Source of the DNA: Gemmatimonadales bacterium
GTDB lineage: Bacteria; Gemmatimonadota; Gemmatimonadetes; Gemmatimonadales; GWC2-71-9
Assembly: GCA_036741715.1 (NCBI GenBank)
Contig: DAINRR010000010.1
Span: forward strand, 136-64,135
Direction of reading: 5' to 3'
Length of the DNA stretch: 64,000 nt
How positions within the stretch are numbered: the first letter of the stretch is position 1; every line of letters begins with the position of its first letter. Below, piece by piece: positions 57,759-64,000 of this stretch. The notes under the pieces are model-generated. The model had not been told where the DNA came from and did no database searches. It was given only the letters and a program-made list of their open reading frames with translations. The position numbers and the translations under genes are program-made.

Positions 57759-59201
57759 GTGACTCGCCCCACGCCATACGTCGCCCTGCTCGCCGGCGCA
57801 GCCCTGCTGCTTCCCCTCGAGCGTTCGGGCGGAGCACCCTGCATTCGTCCGACGCGCGCCGGCACCCAGGTCCAGGGGGAGGTGCAGATCTGCCCCGGGC
57901 GTTACCGGGTGCCGGATCCGGCCGGCCGCGGCGTGATCGTGGCGGCGAGCAGCGGCACCCGGATCGACCTCACCGGCGTCACGCTCCTGAGCGGCGATAC
58001 GCTCGCCGAGCGCTTCACCGGGCGCGGCGTCCTGGCGACGAACGTGGACCACGTCACCATCATCGGCGGGACGATCCGCGGGTACCAGTACGGCGTCCGC
58101 ATCGAGGGGGGGCGGGGCCACCGGATCAGCGGCGTGGATGTCTCGGGCTCCCGCGCGCAGCGACTGCATTCGACCCCGGAACGCTACGACGAGCGGGACT
58201 GGCTGGACATCTTCCGGCCCGACACCTTCGAGCAGTACGGGAGCGGGATCTACCTGCGCGGCACCGACGGGGCCTCGGTCACGAACATCGTCTCGCGCGG
58301 GGCGCAGAACGGGATCGGGCTCTTCGCGGCGCGCGCGTCCTATCTGGCCGACAACGACGTCTCGGGGAACTCGGGCTGGGGCATCCATCTCTGGCGCTCG
58401 TCGCAGAACATCATCGTCCGGAACCGCGCGCATCACAACGTGCGCTGCGAGAGCGAGCGCTACCGGCGCGGCTGCGACTCGGCGGGCATCCTGCTCCGCG
58501 AGCAGAGTGACTCCAACACGATCGCGCACAACGATCTCTCCCGCTCGGGCGACGGCTTCTTCCTGAGCGGGCACCGACCGCTCGTGAAGCCGTCGGTGGG
58601 GAACCTCGTGATCCGGAACGATGCGACGGGCGCCTGGCACAACGCCTTCGAATCGACGTTCAGCTGGGGCAACACCTTCATCGAGAACCGCGCCGACAGC
58701 TCCGATTACGGCTTCTGGCTCGGCTACTCGAGCGGGAACATCGTCCGGGGAAACACGATCGTCGGGTCACGCACGGCGGGGATCGCGATCGAGCACGGCA
58801 GCGACAACACGCTCGCCGCGAACGTCGTGATCGGCGGGCCGACCGGCATCCGCCTCTTCGCGCCGAGTGCCGGCGCGGAGCCGAGCCGGGGGTACGCGGT
58901 GGACGACAACGTCCTGGCCCGGCTCGAGCGCGCCATCGTGCTCGAGAACACGACGCGCGCGCGCATCCGGGGCAACCTGTTCGACGGAGTCGGGAGCGGG
59001 CTCGTGGTGGATTCGGCCGGCCACGATGCGGCCGTGAGCGGAAATATCTTTCTGCGCGCGAGCGGACGCTTCATCGACGCGGCCGCACTCGAGGCGGGGG
59101 GAAACTTCTGGGGCGGGGCCAGCGAGGCGGACGCGAAGGCGCAGGTCGCGCCCGGCGTTACGATCGCACCGTGGCGTCCGGCACGGGCGGCGGGGTACTG
59201 A
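57759..59201 (+). CDS. Secreted right-handed parallel beta-helix protein
   Basis: Signal peptide; repeated N-x-x-x-x-N and GI-x-L-x-x-S-x-x-N motifs (SGNSGWGIHLWRSSQNIIVRN). Confidence 0.8.
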   Translation: MTRPTPYVALLAGAALLLPLERSGGAPCIRPTRAGTQVQGEVQICPGRYRVPDPAGRGVIVAASSGTRIDLTGVTLLSGDTLAERFTGRGVLATNVDHVTIIGGTIRGYQYGVRIEGGRGHRISGVDVSGSRAQRLHSTPERYDERDWLDIFRPDTFEQYGSGIYLRGTDGASVTNIVSRGAQNGIGLFAARASYLADNDVSGNSGWGIHLWRSSQNIIVRNRAHHNVRCESERYRRGCDSAGILLREQSDSNTIAHNDLSRSGDGFFLSGHRPLVKPSVGNLVIRNDATGAWHNAFESTFSWGNTFIENRADSSDYGFWLGYSSGNIVRGNTIVGSRTAGIAIEHGSDNTLAANVVIGGPTGIRLFAPSAGAEPSRGYAVDDNVLARLERAIVLENTTRARIRGNLFDGVGSGLVVDSAGHDAAVSGNIFLRASGRFIDAAALEAGGNFWGGASEADAKAQVAPGVTIAPWRPARAAGY

Positions 59202-61335
59202 CGGCGCCACCCGAGAGGATCTCGTCGGCGAGCGCGCGCAGCCGGCGAAGGTCGAAGGGCTTGCTCACGCGCCGCTCCTCGTTCCCGCTCCCCACGACCA
59301 CGAGCCGCTCCGCCCAGCGCGGGTCGGACTCCCGCAGCTCCTGAACGAAGGGCCGCCCCGACGGTGCAGCGATCGTCGCATCGACGATGACGAGGTCGTA
59401 GTCGGTGGCCGCCGCCATCGCCATCCCTTCCGCACCGTTCCGCGCGCTTTCCACCCGGAACCGATCGGTCGAGAACAGGGCGGACACCACGCGATGCGCC
59501 GTCGGGTCGTCGTCGACGATGAGGATCCGGCGCTTCCGGGCCACCGGCGCCGCTGCCGCCCCGGCCTTCGGCGGCTCGGCCGCCGGCAGCTCGATGGTGA
59601 ACTCCGCGCCGCCATCCACGCCTTCCTCGTACGCCAGCGTGCCGCCGTGCGACTGGATCAGCCCGTAGCTCAGCGAGAGCCCGAGCCCGGTTCCCTGACC
59701 GGCGGGCTTCGTCGTGAAGAAGGGGGTGAACAGGTTCGCCACCAGCTCGGGCGGCACACCGTCGCCCGTGTCGTGCACGCCGAGGATCACGCGGTTCTCG
59801 TTACGCGCGGTCTCGATCGTGATCCGGCGCTGCCGCCCGGGCGGGAGGTCGGCGAGCGCGTGCACCGCGTTGGTCAGGAGGTTGAGCAGGACCTGCTGCA
59901 GCTCGTGCGGGTCACCCATGACGATCGCCGGATGCGGATGCAGGCGCGTCACGAGTTCGATCGCGCGCAGGTCGATCTCGTACTTCACGAGCATCGTCGT
60001 GCGCTCGACGACGTCGTTGATGTCCACCGGGGTCTGCTCGGTCGTGCCCTTGCGCACGAACGTCAGGAGGTTCCGCACGATGCGGCCGGCGCGCCCCGCC
60101 TGCTCGTGGATGATCCTGAGGTGCTGCCTCGGTGTGTCGCCACCCACATCCCGCTCGAGCAGGAGCTCGGTGAGTCCCGCGATCGAGGTGAGGGGATTGT
60201 TCAGCTCGTGCGCCACGCCCGAGACGAGCTGGCCGATCGCGGCCATCTTCTCGTTCTGGAAGAGCTGGGCCTCCATGGAGCGCTGCTCGGTCACGTCCTC
60301 GACGAGCGCCACCATGGAGCCGCCCGCGGCGCCCGCGCGCTCGCCGGCGCTCTCGAGGGGCGCGATGGTGAGGCGGAGGAAGCGGTCCCGTCCCTCGGGG
60401 CGCAGCACGACGGGCGGCGGGCTGTCTCCCTCGTGCGCGGCCGCGATGAGCGCCGCCGCGGCCTCCGTGTCGCCGAAAATCAGCTCGCGGAAATTCCGCC
60501 CGATCAGCTCCTCCTCGGTGAGCCCGGCCAGGCGCGCGAGCGAGGAGTTGGCGCGCTGGATCGTGCCCGCGGGCGCGATGACGGCGATGCCTTCCCGCAG
60601 CGCGTTGAACGCCGTCTCCCATTCCCGCCGCCCCTGCTCGACGATGGCGAAGAGGCGGCTGTTGGCGAGCGCCACCGACGCGTTGGTGGCCACCGTGGAG
60701 AGGAGCCAGAGGTCCTCGGTGGTGAACGGGCCCTCCTGCCGCTCGGTCACGGCGATCGCGCCGATCCGCTCGCCATGGAGCCGGAGCGGCACCACGGCGG
60801 CGGAGCGGGCCCGGATCGTCCCGAACACGAGCACGTCGCGACCCTCGGCCTGCTGCGCCACTTCGATGCGACCCCGCTCGATGGCGGTGGCGACGAGCGA
60901 GCCCGTCGCGGTGCTCGCGGCCGCGCGGTGACCGGAGAGCGTGCCTTCCGCTGCGACGATCTCGAGCATCGTGCCCCCCGGCTCGCCCAGGACGACGATC
61001 GATCCCTCCGCCTGGAGGAACCGGGCGGCGTACCGCGCCACCTGTTCCACGATGTGCTCGAGCTGGAGTGACTCGCTGAGGACGTAGCTCAGCTCGCGGA
61101 GGGAGAAGAGCTCGCTGATGCGGCGGTCGAGCTGCGCGGCCGTGTCGTCGCGCTGGCGCGAGAGGTCGACGAGTGTGCGACGGAGCCTGCGCGTCTCGAG
61201 GACGAGCCCGCCGAACGCCGTGACGACCGGCAGCACCAGGAGCCACCAGGCGGAGAGGCCGAGGGCGCGAAGCACGAGCCACCCCGAGAGCGCGATCAGC
61301 AGACCGAGCCCCGTCGCCGCGAGCGCCGGCGGCAC
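59158..61335 (-). CDS. Hybrid sensor histidine kinase (TM-GAF-PAS-HisKA-HATPase-REC)
   Basis: EKMAAIGQLVSGVAHELNNPL, NLLTNA, FTPFFTTK, GTGLGLS and a short REC domain. Confidence 0.9.
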   Translation of the reverse strand: MPPALAATGLGLLIALSGWLVLRALGLSAWWLLVLPVVTAFGGLVLETRRLRRTLVDLSRQRDDTAAQLDRRISELFSLRELSYVLSESLQLEHIVEQVARYAARFLQAEGSIVVLGEPGGTMLEIVAAEGTLSGHRAAASTATGSLVATAIERGRIEVAQQAEGRDVLVFGTIRARSAAVVPLRLHGERIGAIAVTERQEGPFTTEDLWLLSTVATNASVALANSRLFAIVEQGRREWETAFNALREGIAVIAPAGTIQRANSSLARLAGLTEEELIGRNFRELIFGDTEAAAALIAAAHEGDSPPPVVLRPEGRDRFLRLTIAPLESAGERAGAAGGSMVALVEDVTEQRSMEAQLFQNEKMAAIGQLVSGVAHELNNPLTSIAGLTELLLERDVGGDTPRQHLRIIHEQAGRAGRIVRNLLTFVRKGTTEQTPVDINDVVERTTMLVKYEIDLRAIELVTRLHPHPAIVMGDPHELQQVLLNLLTNAVHALADLPPGRQRRITIETARNENRVILGVHDTGDGVPPELVANLFTPFFTTKPAGQGTGLGLSLSYGLIQSHGGTLAYEEGVDGGAEFTIELPAAEPPKAGAAAAPVARKRRILIVDDDPTAHRVVSALFSTDRFRVESARNGAEGMAMAAATDYDLVIVDATIAAPSGRPFVQELRESDPRWAERLVVVGSGNEERRVSKPFDLRRLRALADEILSGGAVSTPPPVPDATVRS

Positions 61336-61355
61336 CGTGCGGCGGGGCGTGCCGT

Positions 61356-62201
61356 TCAGCTGGACGACTCTCCCGGCCGGCGGCTCACCCGCTCGGTCAC
61401 GTAGCTGTCGGGCGGAGCATTCGGCTTGACCCGCACCGACTTGGCGGGAATGCCGACGTTCACGTGATATGGCCGGACGTCCTTGGTCGCGAGCGCCGAG
61501 GCGCCCACCATCCCGTTCCGGCCCACCCGGACGCCGGCGAGCACGGTCGCGTGATAGGTGATCCGCACGTCGTCCTCGAGCACGGTGCGGACGCTCGTCA
61601 CGTCCTTCTGCTCGACGATGCTGTGCGTGTGGCTGTAGATGTTGGCGTAGTCGGAGATGCTGACGCGGTCGCCGAGCGTGATGCCGCCGCGGTCGTCGAG
61701 GAGCACGTGCCGGTGGACCACGACGTCGTCACCGACCTCCATGTTGTACCCGAAGGAGAATTCGGTGTGCTGGAAGCATTTGAAGTTCTTCCCGCAGCGC
61801 GCGAAGATCCGTGGCGCGAGGATCCGGCGGAGGCGCACGCCGAGGTCCACGTTCTGGGCCCCGGCGGCGGTGCGGTCGAAGCTGTACCACAGCCAGAGCA
61901 GCGGCTTCACGCGGGCGAACCGCTCGCGGTCCACGTCGCCGTAGTACTCGGGCTCGAGCGTGACGTTGCGGGGATCGAGCGTCGCCAGCATGGCCTTCGT
62001 CGCGGCGGGCACCGCCGGATCGGCGAGCCGCTCGGCGAGGTCGGCACCGGGAGCGCAGAGATCGACCAGGGTCTGCCGGCAGATCGCGTACCAGTCAGCA
62101 TCCTTCGCGCCGAGCTTGTCGTCGAGCTCGCCGAGCCAGGCGGCATAGATCCGCTCGGCGGCATCGGGCAGGGCGACGGGGCGGAGGGGCAGGTTCACCA
62201 T
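61356..62201 (-). CDS. Hexapeptide-repeat acyltransferase
   Basis: MEVGDDVVVH, ITLGDRVSIS, NIYSHTH, VRVGRNGMVGASALATKD and GIPAK. Confidence 0.88.
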   Translation of the reverse strand: MVNLPLRPVALPDAAERIYAAWLGELDDKLGAKDADWYAICRQTLVDLCAPGADLAERLADPAVPAATKAMLATLDPRNVTLEPEYYGDVDRERFARVKPLLWLWYSFDRTAAGAQNVDLGVRLRRILAPRIFARCGKNFKCFQHTEFSFGYNMEVGDDVVVHRHVLLDDRGGITLGDRVSISDYANIYSHTHSIVEQKDVTSVRTVLEDDVRITYHATVLAGVRVGRNGMVGASALATKDVRPYHVNVGIPAKSVRVKPNAPPDSYVTERVSRRPGESSS

Positions 62202-62252
62202 GGGATCTCCTGGTGCCGGGGCTGGTGCTCGCCGACGGTCGGGCGGCGCGGA

Positions 62253-62885
62253 CTACCTCGGCGTGGCCGCCAGCCGGTCGCGCTCCCGCTGCAGCTGCGG
62301 CAGCCGCCGCTCCCACTCGCGGGATGCGAGCGTCTCGTAGTTCACGGTGAACGGCTCCCACACCGGCAGCAGCTCCTCGAAGATGTAGACCGCCATCGCA
62401 CTCTCACGTGAGTTGAGCTGGGCGGCGCCGAAGCGGGGGCTCAGCGGCACGATGGCCATGGGCCGGAGGAACTGGTTGCGGGCGGTGAGCGTGAGGAGCT
62501 CGGGGTCGAACCGGGCCCCGGGCTGCAGCGCGAAGAAGGTGACGAGCGCGAGGCCCGGCTCGGAGACACCGGCCGCGCGCCCTGCGGAATCGATGGCCGG
62601 CCGGTTCCGCTCGACGAGCCGCTGGAGCGACTCCGCGCCGTCGCGCGCGAGGAGGGTCGTGATCCGGATGTCGAGCGGCACGAAGCGGATCTCGAGCTCG
62701 TCGGTGCGGAGCCGGATGGCGATCTCGTTCTGGCTGAGCGTGCCGTAGACCCCGGCCGGGACCACGACAGAATCGGAGGCGCCGGCCGGTGCCGTCGCCG
62801 CAGGAGGCGTCTGCGCCCGCGCGCAGGCGGCCGCGGTGGCGACCGAAACGAGGACCATCGCCAGCGAAGCGACCGTGCGTCTCAT
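62253..62885 (-). CDS. Hypothetical secreted protein or lipoprotein
   Basis: Leader [21 protein letters not shown]; ATGA coupling to engB. Confidence 0.65.
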   Translation of the reverse strand: MRRTVASLAMVLVSVATAAACARAQTPPAATAPAGASDSVVVPAGVYGTLSQNEIAIRLRTDELEIRFVPLDIRITTLLARDGAESLQRLVERNRPAIDSAGRAAGVSEPGLALVTFFALQPGARFDPELLTLTARNQFLRPMAIVPLSPRFGAAQLNSRESAMAVYIFEELLPVWEPFTVNYETLASREWERRLPQLQRERDRLAATPR

Positions 62886-63592
62886 GCCGTCTCCGGGTTC
62901 AATGCCGCGAGGATGCTCGCGCCGAGGTCGGCGATCCCCTGGCCCGTCTCGCTGCTCACGAGCTGCGTCTGGCTCTCGTCGAGCCCGAGGGCGCGGGCGA
63001 TGGCCCGGCTCTGTGTGACCTGTGCCTGCCGCCCGAGCTTGTCCGCCTTGGTGAACACCGCGAGCACCGATGTTCCCGACTCGATCAGGAGCTCCTGCAT
63101 CGCGATGTCGTCCTTCGAGGGCATGTGGCGCACGTCGAGCAGCCATACGACGCCCATCAGCCGCTCGCGCCGGCGCAGATAGCCGTCGACGAGCGTGCGA
63201 TAGCTCTCGCGCACGGACTTGCTCGCCCGCGCAAATCCGTAGCCCGGAAGGTCCACCAGGTAGAACTCCGGCAGCCGGAAGACGTTGATGTGAGCTGTCT
63301 TTCCCGGCGTGCCGCTGACGCGCGCGAGGCCCGCCCGGCCCGTGAGGGCGTTGAGCAGGCTCGACTTGCCGACGTTCGATCGGCCGACGAAGGCGATTTC
63401 CGGGAGGCTGGGAGAGAGCCGGACGGCCGGATCGGGGAAGCTGCCGATGAAGTCGACGGGGAGGTCGTAGAAGGGGCGGACGAAAGGACGGAAAGACGGA
63501 AGGACGGAAGGCGTCGCCGCGCGGCGGAGATCCTGCAGTTCCTTCGACCTTTCCGTCTTTCCGTCCTTCCGTCCTTCCGTCTCCCGGCTCAC
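62882..63592 (-). CDS. engB: Ribosome biogenesis GTPase EngB/YihA/YsxC with repeat-derived N-terminal extension
   Basis: [33 protein letters not shown] and TKADKL; GTG start overlaps the clpX stop. Confidence 0.95.
   Translation of the reverse strand: MSRETEGRKDGKTERSKELQDLRRAATPSVLPSFRPFVRPFYDLPVDFIGSFPDPAVRLSPSLPEIAFVGRSNVGKSSLLNALTGRAGLARVSGTPGKTAHINVFRLPEFYLVDLPGYGFARASKSVRESYRTLVDGYLRRRERLMGVVWLLDVRHMPSKDDIAMQELLIESGTSVLAVFTKADKLGRQAQVTQSRAIARALGLDESQTQLVSSETGQGIADLGASILAALNPETA
63479..63583. repeat. Inverted-arm element with 8-nt units (ACGGAAGG subtype) inside the engB 5' coding region
   Basis: Perfect 18-bp IR AGACGGAAGGACGGAAGG (63494-63511) / CCTTCCGTCCTTCCGTCT (63565-63582) with further units on both arms. 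Confidence 0.9.
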
Positions 63593-64000
63593 GCCTCCCG
63601 CTTGGCCCTGGGCCGCTCGGTCACGATGAGCGGCTGCTTGCCGTCCGTGACCGACTCCTTCGTGATCACCACTTCGCGCACGTCATCGCGGCTCGGGAGG
63701 TCGAACATCATGTCGGTCATGAGCATCTCGAGGATGGAGCGGAGGCCGCGCGCACCGGTGCCGCGCTTGAGCGCCTTCTCCGCCACCGCCCGGAGCGCCT
63801 CGGCATCGAACGTGAGGCCGACGTTCTCGAGCTCGAAGAGCTTCTTGTACTGCTTGGTGAGCGCATTCTTCGGCTCGAGCAGGATGCGGACGAGCGCATC
63901 CTCGTCGAGCGCCTCGAGGGAGACCACGACCGGGAGCCGGCCCACGAGCTCGGGGATCAGGCCGAAGCGGAGCAGGTCGTCCGGCTCCACCTCGGCGTAG
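63589..64000 (-). CDS. clpX: ATP-dependent Clp protease ATP-binding subunit ClpX (3' part only)
   Basis: [29 protein letters not shown] and [11 protein letters not shown]. Confidence 0.97.
   Translation of the reverse strand, partial: YAEVEPDDLLRFGLIPELVGRLPVVVSLEALDEDALVRILLEPKNALTKQYKKLFELENVGLTFDAEALRAVAEKALKRGTGARGLRSILEMLMTDMMFDLPSRDDVREVVITKESVTDGKQPLIVTERPRAKREA

Noticed and set aside
57759-59201. NosD and nitrous oxide reduction
   Set aside because: Only the generic beta-helix fold is shared; no nosZ, nosF, nosY or nosL is in the window.
21598-63583. Tandem repeats as a CRISPR array
   Set aside because: Units are 8 nt and contiguous, without unique spacers, and no cas genes are present.

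Overview
A gene-dense, very GC-rich bacterial core-genome segment. The gene repertoire and the many signal peptides ending in A-x-A-Q suggest Gemmatimonadota; that assignment is inference. About 55 coding genes are supported: a molybdenum-cofactor/FdhD operon, gpmI, guaB, three tandem amino-acid transporters, nrnA with Fe-S carrier genes, MATE and DUF62 genes, an ECF sigma/anti-sigma operon, a ubiE-ubiD-ubiA-ubiX menaquinone-type cluster, mutM with a Cho-like nuclease, purD, glmM-glmS, a porin-nrfH-nrfA locus with a CXXCH-type NrfA, two hybrid kinases, an FHA-GAF adenylate cyclase, a GspE/PilB ATPase fused to a receiver domain, engB and the 3' end of clpX. No rRNA, tRNA, CRISPR array, transposase or integrase was seen. 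The most unusual signal is a family of 100-240 bp non-coding elements whose inverted arms are built from 8-nt tandem units with a CG(A/G)A(A/G) core. Three intact copies are intergenic, two solo arms sit just upstream of -10 boxes, and one copy appears to be translated in frame as the N-terminus of EngB. Also notable are a structured guaB leader with a coupled uORF, several apparently leaderless genes, and a G-run cluster upstream of the pilus-type ATPase. Everything was read by eye, no searches were run, and start codons are best estimates.
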